A DNA stretch of 64,000 bases, from the NCBI GenBank assembly GCA_003559575.1, contig PWKZ01000147.1:35471-99470 (forward strand), written 5' to 3'. The stretch comes from Bradymonadales bacterium. GTDB taxonomy: Bacteria > Myxococcota_A > UBA9042 > PWKZ01. Below, piece after piece: positions 1 through 10,700 of the stretch. Within the stretch, counting starts at the first letter, position 1. Every line of letters starts with the position of its first letter. The notes beneath the pieces were generated by a model. The model did no database searches. It saw only the letters and a program-made list of their open reading frames with translations, and was not told where the DNA came from. The translations under genes and the position numbers were made by a program.

Positions 1-1
1 C

Positions 2-607
2 GTCTACCCGCCGGACGAAGAGGGCGATGGCGAACGGAACGACTTGGCGTCGCTCGAGGCGGAGCTGGCCGAGGTTCGCAATCGCTTGGTGCGCAATACC
101 GCTGACTACGACAACTACCGCAAGCGGCTGCGGCGCAATCAGGAAGAGGGATTGCGCTACGCGAACGAGGGGTTGCTGCGAGATCTCCTGCCCATCATCG
201 ACGATCTCTCGCGGGCGGTTACCGTGGCGCCCGAAAAGACGAGTTTCGAGGTGTTGCACGAGGGGGTGACAATGGTCGTCGAGGCGCTCCAAGGGTTGTT
301 GAGGCGCTACGGCGTTGAACCGATCCACGCCGACGAAGGGGTGCTTTTCGACCCGGCGGTTCACGACGCGATGCAGCGTGTGGAGACCGCGGAGATGCCG
401 TCCGGCTGTGTTGTTCGGGAGCTTCAGACCGGCTATCTCTATCATCAGCGGCTGTTGCGACCGGCGCGTGTGACGGTCGCGGCGCCCGATTCCAGCGGCA
501 AGGCGTTTGACGCCGATTATGACGAATCCGACGACGAAGCTGAGGTCGATATCATTGAGAGCGAAGATACAATCCCGGAGGTGGAGTGTCTGGATGAGAA
601 CGGCTGA
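2..607 (+). CDS. grpE: Nucleotide exchange factor GrpE (5' end outside window)
   Basis: Reading frame is open from base 2, so the ORF track's start at 44 is probably internal. Translation LAEVRNRLVRNTADYDNYRKRLRRNQEEG...LLPIIDDL...GVEPIHADEGVLFDPAVHDAM matches the GrpE coiled-coil and beta-domain pattern. Acidic C-terminal tail. Stop TGA at 605-607. Confidence 0.8.
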   Translation, partial: VYPPDEEGDGERNDLASLEAELAEVRNRLVRNTADYDNYRKRLRRNQEEGLRYANEGLLRDLLPIIDDLSRAVTVAPEKTSFEVLHEGVTMVVEALQGLLRRYGVEPIHADEGVLFDPAVHDAMQRVETAEMPSGCVVRELQTGYLYHQRLLRPARVTVAAPDSSGKAFDADYDESDDEAEVDIIESEDTIPEVECLDENG

Positions 608-608
608 C

Positions 609-1451
609 ATGAGCGGATTGGCCCGGTGCGTGCTCGTGGCGCTCATGGTGGCGACAATCGGCTGTGCCCGCAAGCCGCAGATGCGTGGCGAGGGGGTCGA
701 AGTCCAGGCCGCGCAGACCTATTTGGATGGTCTGGTGGCGCTCCAGTCGGGGGACTACAGCGAGGCGCTGCGCCATTTTCAGACCGTGGCCACCAGCCCA
801 CGCTATCTCAGGTTCACCTCGTTGGCGGCGCTGCGCGCGGCGGACACCCTCTTTTATCAGGGCTTCTATCCGCAAGCGATCGACGCCTATCGCGGTTTTT
901 TAAAGCAGTTCGCCGGCAACCCCAACGTCCCGTACGCCGAGGCCCGAATTGTGCTGGCCCATTACCGCCGTATTCCGGGCGATTGGTTTTTCATGCCGCC
1001 GGCCTACGAGCGTGAGCTGACCTCTGTTCGGAGCGCCTACGAGGCGGCCGAGCGGTTCTTGGCCCGCTATCCGCGCCATCGTTTTGCCCCTCAGGTGCGC
1101 GAGGTGCGAGATTTCTGCGCTGACCGCCTCTTCGGGCACGAGATGTACGCCGCGCGATTCTACGAAAAACGCAAGAAGCCGCGTGGGGTGGCGCTCCGAC
1201 TCGAAGCCGCCATGCAACGATTTCCCAAGCGCGCCAAGACGGAAGAGAACCTTTTCCGTCTGGCGCGCGCGTACAGTCGCTCAGAGGACCGCGAGGGTCT
1301 CGAGAGCGCCCTTGACCGCTATCTGGCGGTTGTGCCGGATGGCCGGAGGCGCCAACGGATCGAAAACTGGCTAGCGGAGCTGCCGGCCGTCGAGAAGCAG
1401 GAGCAGGAATCGGTGATTGAGGGGCTTGACTGGCAGGGCATCGCGGAGTAG
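609..1451 (+). CDS. TPR-repeat outer-membrane lipoprotein, BamD/YfiO-like
   Basis: ATG at 609 (alternative at 594) immediately after the grpE stop. N-terminus MSGLARCVLVALMVATIGC is a signal peptide with lipobox-like IGC. Downstream TPR-like helices (YLDGLVALQSGDYSEALRHFQTV..., YPRHRFAPQV). Resemblance to BamD is by architecture only. Confidence 0.5.
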   Translation: MSGLARCVLVALMVATIGCARKPQMRGEGVEVQAAQTYLDGLVALQSGDYSEALRHFQTVATSPRYLRFTSLAALRAADTLFYQGFYPQAIDAYRGFLKQFAGNPNVPYAEARIVLAHYRRIPGDWFFMPPAYERELTSVRSAYEAAERFLARYPRHRFAPQVREVRDFCADRLFGHEMYAARFYEKRKKPRGVALRLEAAMQRFPKRAKTEENLFRLARAYSRSEDREGLESALDRYLAVVPDGRRRQRIENWLAELPAVEKQEQESVIEGLDWQGIAE

Positions 1452-1572
1452 ATAGGCGCGCGCAGGGTCGACGCGGAATGCCGGTCGGCCGGCTTGACCA
1501 AACTCCGGGGCAGCTGATGCCCTGGATCGCACCACACATGAGTTGTCGTGCGTCATTACGGGAGCAATCACG

Positions 1573-1896
1573 ATGCCTAAGCGCACACCAAAGCAGATAG
1601 TTCAGCAACAATTTGGCGGCCGCGAGCAGCTCGTCTCGGCCCTTCTGCCGTTGCTCGAAGACGACAGCGCTGATGTCCAGCGACGGCTCAGGGGAGCCAC
1701 TAACGAGAAATTGCTTGCGCTGCATCGTGCCGCCAGTGAAGTGCGGACACGCTTCCAGAGCAAGCAAAATCTCGTCGCCGAGATCGCGAAAAAGAAATTC
1801 GCCGAACGTGGGCAGCCCGAGAAACTCTTTATCGAGAAGATCTCGAAGCTCTCCGTCAAGCGCCTGCTGGATCTCCATCGGCAGGTGAGCGCGTAG
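1573..1896 (+). CDS. Small hypothetical protein (107 aa, lysine-rich helical)
   Basis: ATG at 1573 preceded by GGAG. Codon-like GC3 bias. No recognisable motif. Sits between the BamD-like gene and the rpoH-like gene. Confidence 0.4.
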   Translation: MPKRTPKQIVQQQFGGREQLVSALLPLLEDDSADVQRRLRGATNEKLLALHRAASEVRTRFQSKQNLVAEIAKKKFAERGQPEKLFIEKISKLSVKRLLDLHRQVSA

Positions 1897-1978
1897 GGAC
1901 TCTCCCCTCCGCGATGGAGAGGCGATCGCGCGGGCGCGCTTCGTCCGGCCGCTACGGCGGAAGCGCTAAAAGGCGCGC

Positions 1979-2821
1979 ATGAGCAAGCAGAAAGACACAT
2001 CGACGCTGCCCGTCCCACGCTCCTCGTTTGATCAATACCTCGAAGAGATCAATCGCTTCGAGCTTCTCACTCGCGAGGAGGAGGAGCGTCTGGCGCGGAC
2101 CTATCGCGACCACGGCGATCTCAAGGCCGCGCAGCGGCTCGTGACGGCCAACCTGCGTTTCGTAGTCAAGATGGCTTACGAGTATCGTCGCTACGACATC
2201 AAGCTCTCCGATTTGATCCAGGAGGGCAACATCGGGCTGATGCGCGCGGTCTCGAAGTTTGATCCCGATCGGGGCTATCGCCTGATCTCATACGCGGTGT
2301 GGTGGATCCGGGCGTACATGCAGGACTACATCATCCGCAACTGGAGCGTGGTGAAGATGCGCTCCGGAGGGCGTGGCCGCAGCCTCTTCTTTCGCGCTCA
2401 GCCATCTCAAGAGGAGAAACTGCTGCTGCCCGGGGCGTCGAAGCCGACGGAGGAGCCCGCCGCGAAGCCCGAGGTGCGGCGCGCGTTGCGTGACTTCTCG
2501 CTCGATGCGATGCAAGACGAGGACGGCAAGCGCAGCTTCCTAGACGCGATCCCTTCGCCGTCTCCCGCGCCCGACGAGGCGATGGGGCAGACCGAGGATC
2601 GGACGCTGGTGACCGAGACCTTGCGAGAAATGGACGGCTCCTTCAACCCCAAGGAGCGCTATATTTTGGCTCACCGGATGCTCGCCGACGAACCCGAGAC
2701 GCTGCAAGAGATAGGAGAGCGGTTCAGTATCTCCCGCGAGCGGGTGCGGCAAATCGAACAAGCCCTCAAGTCCAAAATTGAAAAGGGTCTGCGTCGCCAC
2801 GAGACTTTCGCCGGGCGCTAG
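1979..2821 (+). CDS. rpoH: RNA polymerase sigma-70 family factor, sigma-32 (RpoH)-like
   Basis: Region 2 (RLVTANLRFVVKMAYEYRRY, NIGLMRAVSKFDPDRGYRLISYAVWWIRAYM) and region 4 (ETLQEIGERFSISRERVRQIEQALKSKI) of sigma-70 family. GRGRSLFFRAQ resembles the RpoH box QRKLFFNLR. Confidence 0.65.
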   Translation: MSKQKDTSTLPVPRSSFDQYLEEINRFELLTREEEERLARTYRDHGDLKAAQRLVTANLRFVVKMAYEYRRYDIKLSDLIQEGNIGLMRAVSKFDPDRGYRLISYAVWWIRAYMQDYIIRNWSVVKMRSGGRGRSLFFRAQPSQEEKLLLPGASKPTEEPAAKPEVRRALRDFSLDAMQDEDGKRSFLDAIPSPSPAPDEAMGQTEDRTLVTETLREMDGSFNPKERYILAHRMLADEPETLQEIGERFSISRERVRQIEQALKSKIEKGLRRHETFAGR

Positions 2822-2960
2822 TGTCTAGATTCCGGCGTGTACGGCGGGAGTATTGGGTGGGAATATTGGTCGGCGTCTTTGTGTTGATGCTCGTCGGGGA
2901 GAAACCGCGGGTGGCGCTTGCGCCGTTTTGGGGTGCAGGCCTTCGCTGAAAGGAGACCAT

Positions 2961-3953
2961 ATGGAGACCGGAGTCAAGGCGATTACGGAGATGGTCCGGC
3001 GCGAGAGCGCGTTCGTCGACCGAGTCCGGGAAGAGGTCGACAAAGTAATCGTTGGCCAGCAGGTGATGGTGGAGCGGCTGCTCATTGGGTTGCTCACCGG
3101 TGGGCATATTTTGCTCGAGGGGGTGCCGGGGCTGGCCAAAACCCTCACTGTCCGCACTGTCGCGGAGACCATGAACTCGCGCTTTCAGCGCATTCAGTTC
3201 ACGCCCGACCTGCTGCCGGCCGATCTCATCGGCACCATGATCTACAACCAGCACGACTCTTCGTTCTCGACCCGCAAGGGCCCGATCTTCGCCAACCTGG
3301 TGTTGGCCGACGAGATCAACCGCGCGCCGGCCAAGGTGCAAAGCGCGCTGCTCGAGGCCATGCAGGAGAAGCAGGTGACCATCGGCGAGAACACTCACAT
3401 TTTGGAGGAGCCGTTCCTGGTCATGGCGACCCAGAACCCGATCGAGCAAGAGGGCACCTACCCTCTGCCCGAAGCACAAGTGGATCGCTTCATGTTGAAA
3501 GTGCACGTGGGCTACCCCGGGCGCGAAGAGGAGCTAATCATCATGGAGCGCGCGACCGGGATAGAAAAGCTGCAGGCGGTCCGTCCGGTGATGACCTCGG
3601 CCGAGCTCTTGGCGGCGCGCGCGACGCTGCCGCACATAATTCTGGACGATAAGATCAAGCGCTATATCGTCGATCTCGTGTTCGCGACGCGAGAGCCGCA
3701 AGCCTACGGCCTGTCGCGCCTCGAGGGGCTCATCGGCTGGGGAGCCTCGCCACGCGCCAGCATCTACTTGAACCTGGCGGCGCGCGCCCACGCCTTCCTG
3801 CGGCACCACGGCTATGTGGACCCCGAAGACATCAAGAGTGTGGCCCTCGATGTGTTGCGCCACCGCGTGATCCCGACCTATGAGGCGGAAGCCGAGGAGT
3901 TGACCTCCGAGGATCTCGTCCAGCAAATCTTGGACAAGGTCGAGGTGCCGTGA
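2961..3953 (+). CDS. MoxR-family AAA+ ATPase (BatI-like)
   Basis: ATG at 2961 with AAAGGAGACC upstream. Walker A GVPGLAKT, Walker B LVLADEINRA, and sensor/arginine-finger region typical of MoxR (QNPIEQEGTYPLPEAQVDRF). Confidence 0.85.
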   Translation: METGVKAITEMVRRESAFVDRVREEVDKVIVGQQVMVERLLIGLLTGGHILLEGVPGLAKTLTVRTVAETMNSRFQRIQFTPDLLPADLIGTMIYNQHDSSFSTRKGPIFANLVLADEINRAPAKVQSALLEAMQEKQVTIGENTHILEEPFLVMATQNPIEQEGTYPLPEAQVDRFMLKVHVGYPGREEELIIMERATGIEKLQAVRPVMTSAELLAARATLPHIILDDKIKRYIVDLVFATREPQAYGLSRLEGLIGWGASPRASIYLNLAARAHAFLRHHGYVDPEDIKSVALDVLRHRVIPTYEAEAEELTSEDLVQQILDKVEVP

Positions 3954-5005
3954 TGCGGTCATCGCCTACCCCCACAAAGTGGGCGCCGAATCAAACGGCG
4001 GCGCCACGACGGACGGCACGCGAAGAGGTCGCTTTGCGACCGGTGAGCCGCGAGGTGCTACGGCGGATCCGCAAGATCGAGATCATCACGAACCGGCTCG
4101 TCAGCGATCAACTCGCCGGGCAGTACCAGAGTGTTTTCAAGGGGCGTGGGATGAGCTTCGACGAGGTGCGCCCTTATCAACCGGGGGATGAGATCCGCCA
4201 GATTGACTGGAACGTCTCGGCGCGCACCGGGGACATCTATGTCAAGCAGTTCGTCGAGGAGCGGGAGTTGACCATCCTGCTGGTGGTGGACGCCAGCGCC
4301 TCGCAGAGTTTCGGCACCCGTGAACAGACCAAGATCTCCGACGCCGCCTGGCTTTCGGCCCTTCTCGGGTTCTCGGCCATTCGCAACAATGACCGGGTGG
4401 GGCTAATCGCCTTCGTGGAGCAGGCCGAGGACACGCCGGAAGACGAGGCGCTGCTTTTCATTCCCCCCAAAAAAGGGCGTTCGCACTGCTTGCGGTTGGT
4501 GCGCGATGTGATGGCGGTCGAAGATTGGGCCGAGGCGCGGATAGCGGAGCGCCGTGAGCGCGCGAGGCCCGATGTGCAGACCCGCCTCGAGACCGCCCTT
4601 GGGTACTTGAACCGCGTCACCAGGCGGCGGGTGGTGGCGTTCTTGATCTCCGACTTCCGCGCCCACGGGTTCACCCAGGCGCTTGGGGTGACCTCCCAGC
4701 GTCACGACTTGATCCCCATCGTGACGAGCGATCCCGGAGAAGAGACACTCATCGGCGCCGGCCTGACCTTTTTCGAAGATCCCGAGACCGGCGAGCTTTT
4801 CCCGGGCTGGGTCGGCGGGCGCGCGCGGCGGCGTTTCGCCGCCGCTGAGGCGCGGCGACGCGCGGAGCTACAACAGACCTTCGCGCGCTACGGGATGGCG
4901 CCGATTGTCTTGCCGACGGGAGTGACGGAGGATCTGGAGAGCCGCGCTTCCCGTTACACGAAGGCGATTATCAACTATTTCCGCCTCCGGGCCAAACGGC
5001 AATGA
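3950..5005 (+). CDS. DUF58 family protein (MoxR partner, VWA-like fold)
   Basis: Start overlaps the moxR stop (ATGA). Motif DWNVSARTGDIYVKQFVEERELTILLVVDASASQSFG is characteristic of DUF58 proteins that follow MoxR ATPases. Confidence 0.8.
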   Translation: MMRSSPTPTKWAPNQTAAPRRTAREEVALRPVSREVLRRIRKIEIITNRLVSDQLAGQYQSVFKGRGMSFDEVRPYQPGDEIRQIDWNVSARTGDIYVKQFVEERELTILLVVDASASQSFGTREQTKISDAAWLSALLGFSAIRNNDRVGLIAFVEQAEDTPEDEALLFIPPKKGRSHCLRLVRDVMAVEDWAEARIAERRERARPDVQTRLETALGYLNRVTRRRVVAFLISDFRAHGFTQALGVTSQRHDLIPIVTSDPGEETLIGAGLTFFEDPETGELFPGWVGGRARRRFAAAEARRRAELQQTFARYGMAPIVLPTGVTEDLESRASRYTKAIINYFRLRAKRQ

Positions 5006-5027
5006 GCCCGTAAAAACGAGGGAGACC

Positions 5028-6614
5028 GTGGTCAGGCCATCTCGTCACAACGTCTGCTGCTTATGGGTGACGGCGCTCCTGCTGCTTCAAGCCGGCACCG
5101 GAGCGGGGCCGCTTTGGGCCTCCGACGTGTCCGACGCTCCCGAACGGCCGCAAGCAACGCTCCCCCGCGAGGAGTCGCCGCCGCGCTTCGAGCTCAACGT
5201 GGCGCCCGAGCAGATCGAGCTTGGCGCCGAGGTCCTCTATCGCGTGGTGTTCACGGCCCCCGAGGACTATCGTTTCTACTTCCCCTCGCCGCCGGCGCTT
5301 CAGCCGTTCGTGCTCGTCCCGGGCAGCCTGGTCACCCGCCGCGAGCCCGGAGAAGGCCCCGACCTGGGCCTCGTGAACACCGTAGTCGAGCTACGCCTCA
5401 GGAGCTACCGTCTCGGGGTGCGGTGGATCCCGGCCGTCGAGGTGGCCTTTTTGGGGCCCGAGGGGGAGACCGGCGTGGTGGATTTGCCGCGCCGGCGGGT
5501 CGAGGTAGTGGCCCGGGTGGCGGTGGACGATTTGCCGGCGCTGGCGAACCCGCCGCCGCCGCGCTCGGTCATCGCCACCAACTGGACGCTCGTCTGGGGG
5601 GCCGTCATCCTTGGCAGCGTGCTTGGCGCCGTGGTCCTGACTGTTCTGGCGCTATGGCTGTTTGGCGGCCGTCTGATGCGCCCGCCACCGCCGCCGCCGC
5701 CGCGCCCGCCCCACGAGACGGCGCTGATCAAGCTGGCCCAAATCGAGCGTGAGCGGCTGCCGGAGAGCGGCGCCTTGATGGACTACTATGTGCGGGTCAG
5801 CGAGGCGGTGCGTGAGTATCTCGGAGCGCGCTACCGCGTCGACGGCCTGATGATGACCACAGGCGAATTACTCCGGTCGCTCGAATCGGCCGATCTCAGA
5901 GGGGTCCCGCATAGCCGGGTGCGCGCTTTCTTGGAAGAGTGCGATCTGGTCAAGTTCGCCAACTTCGCACCGTCCCCCGAGGAGATCGAGTGGCTGCTCG
6001 CCACCGCCTATGGGTTGGTGCGCGACACGATGCAGGTCGTCACTCCCGAAGAGCAGGAGGCCGCGCGCCCGCAGGCGGCCGATCATCCCGCCCGCCCATC
6101 GGCGCGGGCCTTCGCGTGGTCGCTCGATCTGGCCTCGTTCGCATTGCCGGCCGGCGGCCTCCTGGTGCTCGGGCGGCTCATCGAGGCCGAATCGGTGTTT
6201 GTGGCCGCCGCCGTTCTGTTGGTGCTGCTTGGGCTGTTGCTGCGCGATTTGCCGTCGGCGGGGAGCCTCGGCAAGGCCATCACCGGCCTGCGCCTGGCCG
6301 GTTATCGGCCACCGGCCCAGGATCCCAAGACCCGGCGGCTGGTCCCCCAGGAGGGGAGGCTCCCCGGCGGCGGCGCCCGCGTCCGGCGTAACCTGGCACA
6401 GCTGGTCCCGTTCGTGGGTCAGGCGGTGGAGTTCGTGGTTTTGGCCCATGACCCCGACAGCCGACGACTGGGGGATCGCCTCGCCGGAACGGCGGTGCTG
6501 GATATTCGAGCGGTGGAGCGCAAGCGGGGGGGTGAGGTCGGCTTGTTGCTCGGCGCGATGGTGACGACTTTGTTGGCGTTGGCGGCGTTGGTAATGCCGC
6601 TCGTAGCGCTTTAG
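5028..6614 (+). CDS. Membrane protein: periplasmic domain + TM + poly-Pro linker + DUF4381-like region (KFANF) fused to C-terminal RDD-like domain
   Basis: Signal sequence LLLLQAGTGA; TM helix WTLVWGAVILGSVLGAVVLTVLALWLF followed by RPPPPPPPRPP. C-terminal hydrophobic segments with GKAITGLRLAG, resembling the RDD-family GKRxxGLRV motif. Located where DUF4381 sits in Bacteroides bat operons. Confidence 0.5.
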   Translation: MVRPSRHNVCCLWVTALLLLQAGTGAGPLWASDVSDAPERPQATLPREESPPRFELNVAPEQIELGAEVLYRVVFTAPEDYRFYFPSPPALQPFVLVPGSLVTRREPGEGPDLGLVNTVVELRLRSYRLGVRWIPAVEVAFLGPEGETGVVDLPRRRVEVVARVAVDDLPALANPPPPRSVIATNWTLVWGAVILGSVLGAVVLTVLALWLFGGRLMRPPPPPPPRPPHETALIKLAQIERERLPESGALMDYYVRVSEAVREYLGARYRVDGLMMTTGELLRSLESADLRGVPHSRVRAFLEECDLVKFANFAPSPEEIEWLLATAYGLVRDTMQVVTPEEQEAARPQAADHPARPSARAFAWSLDLASFALPAGGLLVLGRLIEAESVFVAAAVLLVLLGLLLRDLPSAGSLGKAITGLRLAGYRPPAQDPKTRRLVPQEGRLPGGGARVRRNLAQLVPFVGQAVEFVVLAHDPDSRRLGDRLAGTAVLDIRAVERKRGGEVGLLLGAMVTTLLALAALVMPLVAL

Positions 6615-6634
6615 GGGCGAAGGAGGCGAGGCGG

Positions 6635-7765
6635 ATGAGCTTCGCGAATCTGGAATTTTTGATTGTCGGCAGTGTCGCGACGCTTTTGGCCGCTTGGTAT
6701 GTCCTGCGGCGGCCGACCGCCGGCCTACGGGTGTCGGATGGATCCGCGGTTCGTCACGTCGCGCGCGCCGGCCGCGCGCGTTTCTGGCGTTTGCCGGATC
6801 TGTTGAGGCTGGCGGCGCTCGCGCTCCTCGTGGTCGCGCTGGCCCGTCCCCAGAGCGACTCGCTGACGGAGCTCACCGGCGAGGGCGCCGACATCATGAT
6901 CGCGCTCGACATGTCAGGTTCGATGAACGCCGTCGACATGAGCATGGAGGAGTTGGCTCTGTTGCAGGCGCGCGGGCAGGACCCGATGAATCGCTTTGAG
7001 GTGGCGCGCGATATCTTGAAGCAATTCATCGCCGGCCGCCGGGGGGATCGGATAGGCCTCATCATCTTCGGGCCGGAAGTGTATTTGAAGTTTCCGCTGA
7101 CACTGGACTACCGAATGATTGTGGCGCAGCTCGACTCGCTTGTGCTCGACAATGGGATTCGCACTTCCGATGGGGAGTGCACCAACCAATGCACCATCAG
7201 CGGCGCGGGGACGGCGCTCGGCGATGCCCTGGCGCGCGCCTATCGGCGGCTCAGGCACTCCGAGGCGGCGACCCGCGCGATTGTGCTCATCACGGACGGC
7301 GAGCGCGAGGGCGGTAAGCTCTGCCCGCGCATGGTCGCGACCTACATGGCCGACCAAGCGGATCAGGAGCAGATGCGGGTCTACACATTCCTGGTGGGGT
7401 CCCCCACCGCCATGACCACCCTCGTACCGCGCTACATCCGCCAAGTCGACCGGAGGCGCGGGGGGTATGATCTGGTGGTGGCCCGCGACGAGCGTGGGCG
7501 AGTGATCTATGAGCGCTCGCCGGAGCCGTTTGCCACCGATCCGCAGCTCATGCAAGAGATCGCGCGCCTGACCGGCGGGGAGTACTTCGAGGCCTTTGAT
7601 GAGCGCCAGTTTCGCGAGCAGTTCGAGGTGCTCGCCGGGACCGAGTTTCGCACCACCACTCGGACCCGTAAGCGGGATTTGTTCTTGCCGTGGCTGCTGG
7701 TGGGGCTTGGAGTGCTACTGCTCGAGTGGTGGCTGCGGGTCGGGCCGCTTCGAAAATTTCCGTGA
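6635..7765 (+). CDS. batA: BatA-like von Willebrand factor A domain membrane protein
   Basis: N-terminal TM pair, then VWA/MIDAS motif IMIALDMSGSM ... RIGLIIFG ... LITDGE. Same operon order as known bat clusters. Confidence 0.8.
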   Translation: MSFANLEFLIVGSVATLLAAWYVLRRPTAGLRVSDGSAVRHVARAGRARFWRLPDLLRLAALALLVVALARPQSDSLTELTGEGADIMIALDMSGSMNAVDMSMEELALLQARGQDPMNRFEVARDILKQFIAGRRGDRIGLIIFGPEVYLKFPLTLDYRMIVAQLDSLVLDNGIRTSDGECTNQCTISGAGTALGDALARAYRRLRHSEAATRAIVLITDGEREGGKLCPRMVATYMADQADQEQMRVYTFLVGSPTAMTTLVPRYIRQVDRRRGGYDLVVARDERGRVIYERSPEPFATDPQLMQEIARLTGGEYFEAFDERQFREQFEVLAGTEFRTTTRTRKRDLFLPWLLVGLGVLLLEWWLRVGPLRKFP

Positions 7766-7782
7766 GGGCGGGATGAAGGACG

Positions 7783-10700
7783 ATGAACTGGTCTGAACTC
7801 ACTTGGCAAAATGGTCACTTGTGGTGGGTCGTGCCTGTCGGGGTGGGGGTCGTCGCGCTCGGCTTCCTGCTCGTTTTTCTCTGGCGACAGAGGATGCTCG
7901 AACGGATCGCCGACCCGGCCCTCCGCGAACGTTTGGTGGAGACCTTGAGCCGCCCCCGGCAGGTGCTCAAGGCGGTCATCATGACCGTCGCCGTGGCGTT
8001 GCTGCTGCTCGCGGCGCTCCGGCCCCAGTACGGGGTGCGCGAGACCGAGGTGAGAAACGTCGGGATCGACATCGCCGTGTTGCTCGACGCCAGCCAGAGT
8101 ATGCTGGTGCGGGATGTGGTGCCCGACAGGTTCGTGGCCGCCCGGCAGGAGATAAGCCGGGTGCTCGAGGGCTTGAGTGGTGGCCGGGTGGCGCTCATTC
8201 CATTTTATTTCATCCCCTTCGTGCAGTCTCCGCTCACCTCCGACTTTGACGCGTTGCAGGTCTACTTGCGTGATCTGAGGCTCGATGACATCGCCGAACC
8301 CGAGATGCGCGGGACAAGTATCGGCCGCGCGCTGATGGCCGCCGTAGGGTTGTTGGCCCAGGATCGGGAGTTGCTCTCCGAGGCCGGGGCGGGCGTCGTC
8401 CCGGATTTGGACGAGGACCACGACGTGAGCGCGATGGACGGCAGCCGCTACAAGGCGATTCTGCTATTCACCGACGGCGAGGAGCACGAGGATCTCCCCG
8501 AGGAAATCTACACGGTGGCGGAGTCCGCCGGTATCCGGATCTTCTCCGTCGGGGTCGGGACACGGGCCGGTCACGCGGTGCCCATCGTGCAAGAGGACGG
8601 CGAGGTGACCGGAGTGCTCAAAGGCGAGGATGGCCACCCAATCTTCTCGGCGCTCAACGAGGAGCTGCTGGGCGGGCTGGCCGAGCGCACCGGCGGCGCC
8701 TATTTCAACTTCTCGGGCCGCTCGGTGGCCGACGAGCTTTTGGCCGAGATCGAGAAGCTCGAAAAGAAGGAGTTCGAAGCTCAGACCCGCGATCTTGGAG
8801 AGGATCGCTACCAATTCCTGTTGCTTCCGGCGCTGATACTGCTGATGGTCGAGGGGCTCATGTCTGATCGCTTGCGGCGCAGGAGAGCCACCGATGACAA
8901 GCGGCGGCAGGGAAAGCGCGGGAGACGCCGCCTTGGCGCGCTGGTTATGGCGCTGGTGCTGCTTGCCGGTCCCCAGGCCGTCGCCTGGGATCTCTTCAAG
9001 ACCCGGCAGAGCGACGTCGAGGCCGGGAACGCTCTGCTTCGGTCCGGGAGCCCACGCGAGGCGCTCGAGGCTTATGAGCGGGCGCGGGAGGTCTTGCCCG
9101 AACAGGCCGAGTTGCACTACGCCATTGGGGTCGCGCGGCACGAACTCGGAGAATATGACATGGCGGTGCGGGCACTTGAGCGGGCGCTCGAGCGGCTCCC
9201 GGATCTCGGTGTCGCCGAGGAGACGCGCGAGCTAAGGTTCGCCGTGCTGTTTGCCCTCGGGACGACCTATGCCGCATGGGGCGAACGAGCCGAGGCGCGG
9301 GCTCTAGGGCGGGCTGCCCCCGAAGAAGAGGAGGGACCGGAGCCGCGGCAGGACGCCCGGACCAAGGCCATCGAGCGGTTCGAGCGAGCGGTTCATTTCC
9401 TCGAGCGCGCCCTGAGATTCGAGCCGGGTCACGAGGGGGCGCTCCTCAACCTCGAGCTTGCCCTGCTGCGGGTGGATCCGCCATGTCATCTTCGCAACGA
9501 TGAATACGCCCCCAACGACACGTTCGACTCCGCGGCGGCGCTCGAGGTGGAAGATCTGCAAGAGGAGCAAATGTTTCCGCTCGTGCTGTGTCCCGGGGAG
9601 GACGACTGGTTCACGTTCGAGACCGAGCCCGGGGACCGGATTTTCGCCTCCGTCAAGACCGATAACCGCGCCGCCGAGCTCCGCGTCGCGCTCTATGCGC
9701 CGGACGGCGTCAGGGTGCGCCCTCCTGCCGGCAGTGAGAGAACGATCTCGGAGCTGAGCTATCAGGAGGGGGCGCTCGCGGGGCCGGTGAGGCTGCACGT
9801 CTTTGATCCGACCGAGGAGGAGAGCGACTATCGCTTGAAACTCCGAGTCCTGCCGGCCTGCGAGCGGCTGGACGATTCGTTCGAGCCCAACGACAGCTTC
9901 GAGGAGGCGCGGCTGGTGACCGACGAAGATCGGGAGAGGCTCGCGGCGCTCAGGTTGTGCCCCGGGAACGACGACTGGTTCAAGATCGATGTGCCCGACG
10001 AGTGGAGCTTGATGGTCATCGGTGAGTTCGACATCAAGCAGGGCCTCCCCGAGCTTGCGATCTTCGACGAGCAGCAAAATGAACTCATGCGGCGCTCGTT
10101 TTCGAGTGAGGAAGCGCAGGTTGATGACAGCGCGCCTTTGATGTTGAGCTTGCTCGAACCTCCTCCCGGTCGCTACCGCTTGAAGGTGACCGGCACCCTG
10201 GACGTCGAGGCGGCCTATGGGTTGACTCTCCAGGTGGTCCCCCCTTGTCCGGAGGGGGACGATCACATGGAGCCCAACGACGAGTTCGGGGAGGCCAAGC
10301 CGTTTCCCGAGGGGGAGCCGATGTTGCTCCGCCGGTGCCCCGACAACGACGACTGGTTCGAGGTGATGGCGAGCGGCGACGAGCGACGCGTGGTGACCGC
10401 CCTGTTCGATCACGAGAGCGGCGATTTGGCGCTCGAGCTCTACGATTCCAAGCAGCAACTCGTGGGCGAGAGCGATCAGAGCAGCGCTCAAATGGGCGGT
10501 GAGGCGCTCGTGTTACCCGAGGTGCCCGAGGAGGATGAGGTGCCGTATTATGTGCGAGTCACCTCGCACGTGAACGAGAGCAACTTCTATCTGCTCGAAT
10601 TGCGCGCTCCGGACGCCGATCCGGACGCGCCTGATGACGAGCGGGACGAACAAGACGAACAGGACGAGCGGGACGAACAGGACCGGCAAGACGAACGGGA

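Noticed and set aside
991-1878. 295-aa minus-strand ORF overlapping the BamD-like gene and the small hypothetical gene
   Set aside because: Its translation is Arg/Pro/Ala/Ser-rich low complexity, typical of an antisense frame in 70% GC DNA; the opposite strand carries convincing genes.
9304-10491. 395-aa minus-strand ORF inside the BatB-like gene (and 8464..9141 similarly)
   Set aside because: Shadow ORF: the plus-strand frame has VWA, TPR and PPC motifs, while the minus-strand product has no motifs and a biased composition.
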